Shown: positions 49,392 to 59,369 of the stretch, piece by piece
How positions within the stretch are numbered: position 1 is the first letter of the stretch
Layout of the letters: the number at the start of each line of letters is the position of its first letter
Made by a program: the position numbers and the translations under genes
The notes under the pieces: model-generated
What the model was told of the DNA's origin: nothing
Database searches by the model: none
Seen by the model: only the letters and a program-made list of their open reading frames with translations
NCBI GenBank assembly: GCA_027622665.1
Contig: JAQBYT010000004.1
Coordinates: 32,001-96,000, forward strand
From: Verrucomicrobiota bacterium
Lineage (GTDB): Bacteria; Verrucomicrobiota; Verrucomicrobiia; Opitutales; Seribacteraceae
Length of the DNA: 64,000 bases
Direction: 5' to 3'

Positions 49392-51133
49392 CGCCCCAAA
49401 ACTCTGCGAATATCGCGAGCCAAGGTTTCGGCCATCTGTGGATCGCCAACGGTTGGGGTCAGCGTGTGCTTGGTATCGTCGGTTAATATTGCCTGCACAT
49501 AGCGCTTCGACACGCCGTTGGCTTGATAGGACTCTTTGGTTTCAATGCTGCGGATGGTGTCGGCGGGAATGGTCGTCATCTTCCGTGGAACGAAGAGGCC
49601 TTTGCGCAGAACGATGCCATGGGCATCAATTTCGACGTGGTAGGCACGCAGGAAGGCCAGGAATCCTCCACAGAAAATGGCGAATCCAATTAGCGCGAAA
49701 AGGCCGCCAATTCCCAGGGGCATCCATTCAATATCGTTTTTTTGCACGCCGATGAGCCAGCCGATGGACCCGCCAAAGCCGCCAAAGATCAGGCCCATAA
49801 CCATCATGCCAATGGTGCTGCCGCGTAGGCGCAGTGGGGGGCTGACCAGACGCAAGTGGCCAGGCCCCGCAAAGCGTCGCATGCCAGCCTTGCGATAGAC
49901 TGCATCAATATTGCTGTCATCTAATTGGTTGACGGTGGTAGCGGTGATCTCAGCACTGGTGAGGGACCCCGCGCCAGCGACGATCGGTAGCGGAAATTTG
50001 GCAAAGAAATCAATGCCGGTGGTCGGCATGCTCAATTCCAAACGCCAGCTGACCCTGCGATCATCGTTGGTGGGTTCAATATTGTTGGGTAAAGGCAATT
50101 CTAAAGTGGTTGACCAGCCGCCAGCATCGTGGTGCAGGTCATTGGCATCAATCATCCAGGCGTGGCGCCACAAAACACTTTCCGAAGTTCGGCGATGTTT
50201 GCCGCTTCCGGTGGTGACCAGGCGACCGCAGGTCAGGGTACAGGTCATGGGTCCCAGGGCTTCGAGCATGCGCGTGCCGCTGGCGCGCAGAGTGACGACC
50301 TGGCCCAAGGCCAGCGGCAAGGCCTGGGGCTCCAAGATCGGCCGCCCGTGTTTGAGCCAGCGCAAGAGGTGGTAGACGGCGAGAATGATCAAAACCACGC
50401 CGATGATCGGAAAAATCGCACAGATGGCGATGGCTACATACTCTTTTTCCTCCAGCATTTCCGGGATGCCAAAGAACAGCACGGGGCTAGAAATCGCATT
50501 CCAAATTACCGCAATGAACAGCAGGCCCCAGGCTCCACCACCGCCTTCGGCACGAATGCGATTATTTTGCCACAGTTTATTGACCTTCCAAACGGCGTCA
50601 TCGCCTTCGGCAAGGCGTAGGGCTTCGCGGGCCTTTTCTTGACGCCGCACAAAAAAGGAGCCAAAGCAGACCGCGACACCAACGCCACCAAAGACCACGG
50701 CGAAGATGGCCTTAAAGCCGATCAGGCCCCAGCGTATGTGTCGATCAAGGACGGCCTCGCGTGGATCATCCGGATTGACGTAGCACACGGCACTGCCCTT
50801 GCTGCGCGCATCCTGCAAGGAGCGGTATAAATCTTTCCAATAAGGGCCGATATTGTCTGAGCCCGTGGTAATGGCGACGCGATCACCGTGGTGGGTCTGG
50901 CCATCGACGACATAGGTATAGGTCGCAACGATTTTTTGTGTGGAGCCATCCTCGGTATCATGTTCTTCGAGATTGAGGCTGGTGATGGTGGCCCCAGCTT
51001 CGCGCCAAGAAGCCATGCGCATCGCGTCGTAGATATTCCAGCCCATCATGGCTAGGGCGCAAACGCCAATGAGCAGGAAGGGCAGTCCAAAGAGGAAGGC
51101 GCAACCAAAGCCAGATTTCTTGTCAGCCATCAT
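49388..51133 (-). CDS. DUF3592-domain membrane protein
   Basis: SWREAGATIT...YTYVVDGQTHHGDR...CYVNPDDPREAVLDR; several TM segments. Confidence 0.82.
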   Translation of the reverse strand: MMADKKSGFGCAFLFGLPFLLIGVCALAMMGWNIYDAMRMASWREAGATITSLNLEEHDTEDGSTQKIVATYTYVVDGQTHHGDRVAITTGSDNIGPYWKDLYRSLQDARSKGSAVCYVNPDDPREAVLDRHIRWGLIGFKAIFAVVFGGVGVAVCFGSFFVRRQEKAREALRLAEGDDAVWKVNKLWQNNRIRAEGGGGAWGLLFIAVIWNAISSPVLFFGIPEMLEEKEYVAIAICAIFPIIGVVLIILAVYHLLRWLKHGRPILEPQALPLALGQVVTLRASGTRMLEALGPMTCTLTCGRLVTTGSGKHRRTSESVLWRHAWMIDANDLHHDAGGWSTTLELPLPNNIEPTNDDRRVSWRLELSMPTTGIDFFAKFPLPIVAGAGSLTSAEITATTVNQLDDSNIDAVYRKAGMRRFAGPGHLRLVSPPLRLRGSTIGMMVMGLIFGGFGGSIGWLIGVQKNDIEWMPLGIGGLFALIGFAIFCGGFLAFLRAYHVEIDAHGIVLRKGLFVPRKMTTIPADTIRSIETKESYQANGVSKRYVQAILTDDTKHTLTPTVGDPQMAETLARDIRRVLGR

Positions 51134-51196
51134 TCCAGTCTGGCGTGATCGTTACGGCATCCAAGGGGGCACTTCTAGCGGCGTATCAGCGCTGAG

Positions 51197-52162
51197 TCAG
51201 CGAAATCGCCGGCTTTTGTTCCACCCTGCAGGTTCCTCCCATGTCTTGGCCACTTCCTCCCACGAGCGGCTACCATCCTTTAGGTCAGCATAACCCATGT
51301 TGGCATACTCCATGACCCACGAGGATCGGCAGTGGGCTGGGTCGTCATTATCGCTTTGAAAGATATCACCCTGTGAGGTGACAAACATGTCGTGGGGGTT
51401 CCGCATGTTTTCGCCGGTCGGTCGCAATCCTGTTCCGTCCGGGTTGATGCGCATCGTCATTCCCCCGACATAGACCTCGCCATCGGAACTGGGCTTCCCG
51501 ATCGCGTCCGGATATCCGTAGTAGCAGCCGGAGAGATAATGCCTTCCATCCTTGGTTCGGATATCGGCCCCGCAATTGCCAAAGGAAAAATGCCATTGTC
51601 CGCTGGGAGCGCCAACCACCGCATGAACGGTATGATCGTGATTCTTGTTCTGGAAACCCGTCAGGAAAACCTCCCGCTTGTCCACCTCGGGTTCGAAGAC
51701 CGCGTTTCGATTGACATCCGTGTAAACGATTATGGAAGGAGTGGTGGAGAGAACGATCCGGTTGTCAAACACTGCAATGCCTAGCGGGGCATGCCGTATC
51801 TCCTTTTCCGTGACAAATACTTTGGAAGTGTCTGCCTTTCCGTCACCATCCTTGTCCTCTAGCACCATGACGGAACGACCCGTATCAACGCGAGGTCTTT
51901 GGTTGTAGTCAATTCCCTCGGTCAACCACAGGCGTCCCTTCGCATCAAAATCCATTGCGACAGGGGAGTAGACAAGCGGAGAGCGAGCCCATAGTTCCAC
52001 CTTGAGGTTTTCATTGCTCAGCTCGAAAGCATCCACGGGAACTCCTTGAATTTCCCTTTTCTCCCTAGCGAAGGAATCTCGGTCGGGAGCTCCGACCAAA
52101 TTCAGCGTACCAGCTACGAGAAGGAGAGGCAGGGGTATTTGTAGGTTTAGAAAAGATCTCAT
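51197..52162 (-). pseudogene. PVC-type membrane-bound dehydrogenase-domain protein, 3'-truncated
   Basis: PVAMDFDAKGRLW, LEDKDGDGKAD, NHDHTVH, NMRNP, SDNDD; stops inside the propeller, with no HEAT or CxxCH region. Confidence 0.7.
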
Positions 52163-52352
52163 ATCTTTGCCAGTAACATTATATTTCAATTAGGCGAGGA
52201 AAGTAATCTCAGAAATATGAGTTTCATTTCGGGCGCACATCTGACGGAAGACAGCCATAATATCGACCTCAATTTTTCAATCCGGTTCCCAATGCAGCTA
52301 TTTTATCTGAAGTCGACCGATCCAAAATTGTCGCGTTGAGGGGAATTAGTGT

Positions 52353-52380
52353 GTAACTCATTCGAGTTTAAGGCTGTTTA
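52353..52380 (+). promoter_or_regulatory. ECF-type promoter motif copy D upstream of the efflux operon
   Basis: GTAACTCATTC-GAGTTTAAGG-CTGTTTA, same spacing as copies A-C. Confidence 0.55.
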
Positions 52381-52389
52381 TAAAATGGC

Positions 52390-54099
52390 ATGCTCAGATT
52401 AATCCCCATCAGATTTACCTGCTCACTTTTAGGCGTTGCATCAGTTATCGCCTTTATGAGCCTGCTCGGATGCAAGCCGCACAAGTATCGACGGGCATCG
52501 GATAAAGAGGTGTACGAAATCCTTCAGAAACGAAGTGAACATACGTTGGGTTCGCGGATGGAGCATTCGATCGATACCGTATATTCATCCCGCTCCCCAT
52601 CGGATATTAACGGTTCCGAGATCATCCTTGACCGTAATAAGAGCGGAAGCGATCGAGTGTTGACCCTTAGCGAAACACTGGATTTGGCGGTGAAGGCTAA
52701 TCGTGTCTATCAATATAATCGTGAAAAACTATACTTGCAGGCGCTCTCTCTAACGGGCGTCCGCCATCAATTTGCCTTTAGATTCAGCAATGCTGAAATC
52801 GACTTGGGGCTAGATCGTAGTTCATCGGGAGAGAAATCGACGACTTCCGGAGCCAATTTCACATTGAATAAATTAATGAAGACCGGCGGCACGATTACCG
52901 CCTCTCTCGCGAATGACTTGGTTTTGTACTTCGATGGTGAACCTAAGGTGCCATCGGTCACTTTAAGTCTCGCCCAACCTCTTTTGCGTGGAGCTGGATC
53001 GGATATTGCCGCGGAAGTGCTTACGCAGGCGGAGCGTGAAGTGGTGTACGAGATTCGTGATTTCAGCCATTTCCAGAAGGAGTTCGTCCTCGAAGTGGTG
53101 AATGATTATCTCGACCTTTTGCAGCTAGGGGAAAGCATGCAGTTGTCCTACGGCAACTATACGAACCGCATTGTTTTTCGTAAGGAAATCGACGCTCGAG
53201 TGGAAGCGGGGCTGAGTGCTGAATTTGAGTCCAAGCAAGCAAAACAGAGTGAATACAGTTCCAAGCTTTCCTATATCGGGACGACGAATGCTTACCAAAA
53301 CGCTCTTGATGAATTAAAGAGGAAAGTATCTCTGCCTCTAGGCACGAAGGTCACATTGGATTTCAAGGTGTTGAAGGACCTTAACGATATGGGTCTTCCG
53401 AAAGTACCATTCAGTGAATCGGTCGGGTATCGTCTAGCCATTGCCAATCGATTAGACCTTATGAACGTGATTGATCGCTTTGAGGATTCCAAGCGAAAGG
53501 TGAAGGTTGCTAGTCAAGATTTGCTGCCCAGCCTCTCAATTGTCGCCGACGCTGCAATGAAGGACCGGTTTTACTCGTCCTTTCAGTCTGAGGAATATAC
53601 GGCGAAGGCAGGCTTGAAACTAAACTTGCCACTGGATCAACTTGCCGAGCGAAATGCGTATCGCTCAAGTCTGATTGCCTTTGAGCGGCAATTGAGGACT
53701 CTGGCCACTGAGCTAGACAAGTTGCTTGATGGAGTGCGTTCGGACATTAGAAACTTGGGGCGTCAGCGTCAAAACTACTTTACCCAACAGGAGGCTAGAA
53801 AGAATGCGGAGGAAAATCTCGAGGCGACGCGTCAACGCTTGCGCCTGGGTTTCCCCGGAGTTCGCACGCGAGACATCATCACTGCTCAGGACGCTCTTCT
53901 ACATGCGCAACTTTCAGTATCTCGAGCGAACTTGGACTACCATAAAACTCACTTGAAACTGTTGAAGGATGGTGGTATTTTAGATACTACTCAAGATGAG
54001 TTCTGGTTAAAGGAATTCAATTTGCCCGGTGGAGAACCGGCGGTGCCTGATCAGCCATTGGATGCCGTAGTCCCCCCTGAGCAAATACTTGGAAAATAA
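52390..54099 (+). CDS. TolC-family outer-membrane efflux lipoprotein
   Basis: Lipobox LLGC; LSLAQPLLRGAG; LLPSL; LNLPLD; DIITAQDALL. Confidence 0.85.
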   Translation: MLRLIPIRFTCSLLGVASVIAFMSLLGCKPHKYRRASDKEVYEILQKRSEHTLGSRMEHSIDTVYSSRSPSDINGSEIILDRNKSGSDRVLTLSETLDLAVKANRVYQYNREKLYLQALSLTGVRHQFAFRFSNAEIDLGLDRSSSGEKSTTSGANFTLNKLMKTGGTITASLANDLVLYFDGEPKVPSVTLSLAQPLLRGAGSDIAAEVLTQAEREVVYEIRDFSHFQKEFVLEVVNDYLDLLQLGESMQLSYGNYTNRIVFRKEIDARVEAGLSAEFESKQAKQSEYSSKLSYIGTTNAYQNALDELKRKVSLPLGTKVTLDFKVLKDLNDMGLPKVPFSESVGYRLAIANRLDLMNVIDRFEDSKRKVKVASQDLLPSLSIVADAAMKDRFYSSFQSEEYTAKAGLKLNLPLDQLAERNAYRSSLIAFERQLRTLATELDKLLDGVRSDIRNLGRQRQNYFTQQEARKNAEENLEATRQRLRLGFPGVRTRDIITAQDALLHAQLSVSRANLDYHKTHLKLLKDGGILDTTQDEFWLKEFNLPGGEPAVPDQPLDAVVPPEQILGK

Positions 54100-54101
54100 T
54101 T

Positions 54102-55925
54102 ATGATTGAAAAACGCAAAGTCGCTTCAAGCCGAAGAACAGATGGTTTTATCTCTCGCAAATTCTTGATGCCGTTGATTGCCTTGGCCATCGTTTCCGTC
54201 GGTGCTCTTTGGATTGGTAGCCTTCTCAATGACGAAGAGGAAAAGGTTCGTCAGGAAAAATATTACACGGCCAAGAAGGCTGATTTTCTCGTTACCGTGA
54301 AGTTGACCGGCACGCTTGTTGCCACCGACGTCGTGACCCTTAAGTCCGAGCTGGAGGGTGAAACCACCATCCAGTCGATCGTCGATGAAGGCACCGAGGT
54401 GAAGGGGAATACAATATACGAGATCAAGAATGGAGATACAATTAAGTCCATTGCCGATACGCAGAAAAAGAATTCTCTTTCCATCCAACTCCTCAATAAA
54501 GAGTTAGACCTCGATTGGGGCCATTTGCCTGTGGGGCAAGAAATCGAGATCCCGGGCGATCTCTTGGTGGAGCTGGACCCCCTTCGTTTGCGTGAACGAA
54601 TCAACACCCAAGACATTGCCGTCCAAAGGGCGGAAAATACCCTCAATAGGGCCAAGGGCAATCTAGCCACTTTGAGGCTCTCCACTGCCTTGGCCATGAA
54701 GGTGGCGGAGAACTCTCTCCAAAATGCCGATATGGATCAAGAGAAGACTCAAAACAGTACCGTAAAAAACTATGTTCAGAATCTCGAGGGAATGATAGCC
54801 AACTTTGAAAAGGACGTGACTTTGGCCGAAAAAAATCTCAAAGCCTACACCAAGCTCAAGGAACTCGGATTCGTGTCCGAAGTGGAGGTGTTGAGGGAGG
54901 AGTCATCCAAGGCCAAGACCCTCCACAACATAAAGATGGCCAAGGTCGACTTGGATGCCTACAGGAAATATGATCGGGTATCCTTGCTTAGTTTGAAGCA
55001 ATTGGCAGTGGATGAAGCCAGTGTGAACATTGAGAAGACTAAGGTGAAGAACAAGGCGGATATCAGCGACGCCAACTCCACCGTCTATACCGCCGATAAA
55101 ACACTCGACCTGGAAAAAGAGAAACTCGAGGATCTGCGTGAACAAATGGCTAATACCAAGATCTATGCTCCCCAGTCAGGCACAGTGGTTTATTGGTCCG
55201 AACACAGGTACGGTAGAGGAGAGCCCATAATAAATGGCGCCCAAGTGCATCGTGGAAGAAACCTCATCAAACTCCCCAAGAGCAAGTCCTTGAAGGTCGA
55301 GATCAGTGTTCCCCAGGCCAAGCGCGCCCAGCTGAAGAAAGACATGAGAGCTTGGGTGCAGGTGGAGGATATTACTTTGCCCGGAACCCTTTCCCTGCTG
55401 GGCACAAACGTGGACAACAATCAGCGGGGACATTCCGACAAGTCCTACTTCAAGGGGGAGATTTCTCTCGATGAGTCGAATGGCTTACCGTCCGACGTGG
55501 CTGAGGGAATGAAGGTTACGGTAGAGATTCAAGTAATCAATTTGGTGGGTGAAAACCAACGTGTGCGCGTCCCGAACCAATGTGTGACCACTCGCATGAT
55601 AACCGAAGATCAGTCGCAGAGAGGTTGCTGGGTCCTCGATCCCAAGACCGAGAAGCACGAGTGGCGACCGGTCACCATCGAGTACAGCGATGAGACTTTC
55701 ATCGCGATAAAAGAGGAGTCCGATCCTGATCTCGGTCTACGCGAAGGCGAAATCGTACACCTTTCCCCGCTTTCCGAGGCCAAGAACCTGAACCTCGAGG
55801 AGGGAGTGGTGAACAAGGGATCGCTGGATTTGAAGAGAAACATCCCTGCGCCTGAAAAAGAGAAGTCGGCTTCTTCCGGCAAGCGGAATGGTAAGGAGAC
55901 AGATTCAGTTGCGGGGGGAGTCTGA
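54102..55925 (+). CDS. Membrane-fusion (MacA/HlyD-like) adaptor with a LysM-like insert
   Basis: N-terminal TM; IVDEGTEVK...GDLLVELD; long coiled coil; IYAPQSGTVVY; EGMKVTVEI. Confidence 0.85.
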   Translation: MIEKRKVASSRRTDGFISRKFLMPLIALAIVSVGALWIGSLLNDEEEKVRQEKYYTAKKADFLVTVKLTGTLVATDVVTLKSELEGETTIQSIVDEGTEVKGNTIYEIKNGDTIKSIADTQKKNSLSIQLLNKELDLDWGHLPVGQEIEIPGDLLVELDPLRLRERINTQDIAVQRAENTLNRAKGNLATLRLSTALAMKVAENSLQNADMDQEKTQNSTVKNYVQNLEGMIANFEKDVTLAEKNLKAYTKLKELGFVSEVEVLREESSKAKTLHNIKMAKVDLDAYRKYDRVSLLSLKQLAVDEASVNIEKTKVKNKADISDANSTVYTADKTLDLEKEKLEDLREQMANTKIYAPQSGTVVYWSEHRYGRGEPIINGAQVHRGRNLIKLPKSKSLKVEISVPQAKRAQLKKDMRAWVQVEDITLPGTLSLLGTNVDNNQRGHSDKSYFKGEISLDESNGLPSDVAEGMKVTVEIQVINLVGENQRVRVPNQCVTTRMITEDQSQRGCWVLDPKTEKHEWRPVTIEYSDETFIAIKEESDPDLGLREGEIVHLSPLSEAKNLNLEEGVVNKGSLDLKRNIPAPEKEKSASSGKRNGKETDSVAGGV

Positions 55926-55989
55926 GTCAGGCTCGGCACAGGGTCCGAACTTTGTATCTTTTTGTTAGATCCCGTTGATTGAGACTGTA

Positions 55990-56709
55990 ATGGCTTCGCC
56001 CGACATCATCGAGCTTCGCGCTCTCGGCAAGGTATACGATCTGGGAGCCGTTCGAGTTCCTGCCTTGCGCGGTCTTGATTTCGTGATCGAGGAAGGTAGT
56101 TACACGGCTATCATGGGGCCTTCCGGTTCCGGTAAGTCCACCCTCCTCAATATTCTTGGCTGTCTCGACCGACCGACCTCGGGAGCTTATCTTCTTGGTG
56201 GGGATGACGTGGCGGGAATGTCCGACAAGGAACTTTCCCGTATCCGCGGAACCCGCATCGGATTCATTTTTCAGTCCTACAATCTCATCGAGCAGCTCGA
56301 TGTGGTGGAGAATGTTCACCTACCTCTCTTTTACCAAGGCAAGGACATCAAGGATTGCTACGACCATTGTGCTAAATTGGCTAAGAAAGTTGGCTTGGGT
56401 GACCGATTGGACCATCGCCCGATGCAGCTTTCGGGAGGCCAGCAACAACGAGTGGCGGTGGCTCGCGCCTTGGTCAACGAACCCCTTATGTTGTTGGCCG
56501 ACGAACCCACGGGAAACCTCGATTCCTCTACCGAGAAGGAAATACTGGATGTCTTGGACGAACTTCACCACGAGGGGCGCACATTGGTCGTTGTTACACA
56601 TGACGACGCTGTCGCCGGGCGAGCGCAGCGAGTGATTCGGTTGAAGGATGGCTTGATCGATCAGGATCTTCGCCAAGTGCCAACCGTCGATCGAACTCCA
56701 AGCGAGTAA
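55990..56709 (+). CDS. ABC transporter ATP-binding subunit (MacB/LolD-like)
   Basis: [32 protein letters not shown]. Confidence 0.95.
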   Translation: MASPDIIELRALGKVYDLGAVRVPALRGLDFVIEEGSYTAIMGPSGSGKSTLLNILGCLDRPTSGAYLLGGDDVAGMSDKELSRIRGTRIGFIFQSYNLIEQLDVVENVHLPLFYQGKDIKDCYDHCAKLAKKVGLGDRLDHRPMQLSGGQQQRVAVARALVNEPLMLLADEPTGNLDSSTEKEILDVLDELHHEGRTLVVVTHDDAVAGRAQRVIRLKDGLIDQDLRQVPTVDRTPSE

Positions 56710-56712
56710 GCT

Positions 56713-58014
56713 ATGCGCGGGTCTTCTTTCCTTCGTGTCGGCCAAGCGGGCTTTAAGAGTCTGAGACTGCACAAGTTGCGAAGTATGCTCACCATGCTTG
56801 GCATGATTATCGGGGTTTGGGCCGTTATCACTTTGGTCGCGATTGGCGAGGGGGCTAGCTATGACGCACAGGAAGCCATCAAGGCTTTAGGGGCCAACAA
56901 TATCATTATTCGCAGCATGAAGCCGATGGAGGATAAAGTTCAAATTCAAGGCAAAATGCAATGGGTGTCGCATTACGGACTGACCAACGCAGATGCCGTC
57001 CGCATCCTCAAGACGGTGCCCGGAGTAAAGAGAGTGTTGCCCATCCTGATCCACCGCAAGAACGTGTTGCATGGTAAACGTAACGTGGATTGCCGCTTGG
57101 TGGGAACCTATCCTCATTATCCCTCCTTTACCCAATCTCGGATCGTCGCCGGGCAATTTTTGAATGAGATTGAAGAGGCTCGCCGAGAAAACTCATGCGT
57201 TCTCTCTCACGACTTGGCCAAGAAGTTGTTTGCCGGCGAAAATCCCCTGATGGAAACCGTAACGGTTCGCGGTTTTGAATCTTGGCAAGTCTTCAGAGTG
57301 AAAGGAATTTTGGAGGAACGAACCGACCTCGAGCAATTACCCAAAAATTCAAATGTCATGGGCAAGACGCTTTCCTCAAACGTTTACATTCCGCTTTCTA
57401 CTTTCAAGGCGCTCTATGGAGTGAAGAACATCGACCTCAGCGTGGGTAGCATTTCCTCGGAGGTAGTCCACCTGACTGAAATTCGTGTGGAGTTTGGACG
57501 CGTGGAGGAAGTGATTCCGGCTATGGACTTGATCAAGGATGCCCTCGATAATGGTCGCAACGGAAAAGTGGATTACGAAATTCAGGTACCGATTAACGAA
57601 CTGAACACCCTTCGAGCCCAAAAAGCCCGCGATACTCGCCTGCTGATGTATATTGCATGCATATCGCTTCTGGTCGGGGGTATCGGAATCATGAATATCA
57701 TGCTCGCCACAGTGATCGAACGGACGCGAGAGATTGGCGTGCGACGTGCCCTCGGCGCCACTCGGGGAGACATTACCCTCCAGTTTCTTGTGGAAACTCT
57801 TATGCTTTGCTTGATCGGCGGAGGGATCGGGGTAGTCGGAGCGTGGTTGTTCGCCACTTTTCGTCACAACATTTTGCACACCACCACTATCGTGACCGAA
57901 TGGTCGGTTCTTCTGGCTTTCGGCCTATCCGTTTCCGTTGGTTTGGTATTCGGCATTTATCCGGCTCGGCGAGCAGCCCAGCTTGATCCCATCGAAGCCC
58001 TGAGGCACGCATAG
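56713..58014 (+). CDS. ABC transporter permease (MacB/FtsX-like)
   Basis: [30 protein letters not shown]...[29 protein letters not shown]. Confidence 0.93.
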   Translation: MRGSSFLRVGQAGFKSLRLHKLRSMLTMLGMIIGVWAVITLVAIGEGASYDAQEAIKALGANNIIIRSMKPMEDKVQIQGKMQWVSHYGLTNADAVRILKTVPGVKRVLPILIHRKNVLHGKRNVDCRLVGTYPHYPSFTQSRIVAGQFLNEIEEARRENSCVLSHDLAKKLFAGENPLMETVTVRGFESWQVFRVKGILEERTDLEQLPKNSNVMGKTLSSNVYIPLSTFKALYGVKNIDLSVGSISSEVVHLTEIRVEFGRVEEVIPAMDLIKDALDNGRNGKVDYEIQVPINELNTLRAQKARDTRLLMYIACISLLVGGIGIMNIMLATVIERTREIGVRRALGATRGDITLQFLVETLMLCLIGGGIGVVGAWLFATFRHNILHTTTIVTEWSVLLAFGLSVSVGLVFGIYPARRAAQLDPIEALRHA

Positions 58015-58018
58015 ATTA

Positions 58019-59330
58019 ATGCGAGGATTTTTCTTTATTCGCATCATTCAGCTCGGACTCAAAGCCTGCGTCTGCACAAACTCCGTAGCATGCTCACCAT
58101 GCTTGGAATGATTATCGGCGTCTGGGCGGTAATTACGCTCGTGGCGATTGGTGAAGGGGCTAGTTATGATGCCTAGGAAGCGATAAAGAGCCTGGGGGCA
58201 GAAAATGTCATCAGCCGTAGCATTAAACCGCCTTCGATGCGGACCCAAATGCACGGCAATTGGGAGAGCTTTTTCCGGCGATGGATGGCGGTTTACGGGT
58301 TGAAGCGTCAGGATGCCGTTCAAATCGAGAAAACGGTACCGGGAGTTAAGCGCGTACTCCCCATGCTAACCAAACGGATGAACGCAGTGCATGGTACGCG
58401 GGAAGTTGACTGCAAGCTTATCGGTACCTTTCCATACTATCCTGAATTTACTCAGGCCGAGATGGTTGTCGGGCAGTTTCTCAACGAGGAGGAAGAAAAC
58501 AGCAAGGTTTCCTCCTGCGTCATTTCCTTGTCGTTGGCCGAGCGATTGTTTGCCGGGCACAATCCCTTGTTGGAAACGATTGTGGTTCGCGGTTACGAGT
58601 CCTCTCAAGTTTTTCAGGTAAAGGGTGTGCTCCAAGAACGAGTGGACGCCGAAACATTGCCTCAACTTGCCGATTCACTTGGGCGAACCATTACTGCCAA
58701 CGTATATGTTCCGCTTTCCACCTTTAATGCCCTGTATGGCGTAAAAACGTTGATCAAAGCGTAGGCAACTTAAAGTTGGAAGCTGTGGAACTAACTGGAA
58801 ATTCGGGTGGAATTCGAAAGCGTCGAACAGGTGTTGTCCTCTCTCCCGTTGATCCACGAGGCGCTCCGTGCCGGTAGAGACGAACGCGACTTTGAAATCG
58901 TGGTGCCCATTCGCGAGCTGAATGCTTTGCAAAAACAAAAGGCCCGCGACACTCGTATGCTTCTTTACATTGCGTGCATCTCATTACTTGTCGGCGGAAC
59001 AGGGATTATGAACATTATGCTGGCCACTGTGACTGAGCGAACTCGCGAGATCGGTGTTCGTCGTGCTCTTGGCGCCACCCGTAGAGACATTACCTACAAT
59101 TTCTCGTGGAAACGCTCATGCTCGGCCTGTTCGGTGGTTGTGTCGGGGTGATCGGGGGCTGGTTGTTTGCCACCTTTCGGCGCAATATCCTAGAGACTAC
59201 CACAATCGTGACCGAATGGTCGGTCATTCTGGCTTTCGGATTATCCGTTACCGTTGGGTTGATCTTTGGCTTGTATCCTGCTCGCCGGGCCGCCTGTCTC
59301 GACCCCATTGAGGCTCTCCGTCACTCCTGA
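58019..59330 (+). pseudogene. Second MacB-like permease paralogue, disrupted
   Basis: Colinear with 56713-58014; frameshifts near 58063, 58748, 58797 and 59094; TAG at 58174-58176 where the paralogue has CAG. Confidence 0.85.
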
Positions 59331-59369
59331 TTACATCCTTCTTCCCGGATGGAAGATAACAGAGAGTAA

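Noticed and set aside
20738..58176. Amber (TAG) recoding suggested by four in-frame TAGs (20738, 27738, 30165, 58174)
   Set aside because: Context implies different residues (Tyr, Trp, probably Glu, Gln), three of the four genes also have frameshifts, and TAG is a normal stop elsewhere (e.g. 30026, 48586, 58014). These are independent nonsense changes.
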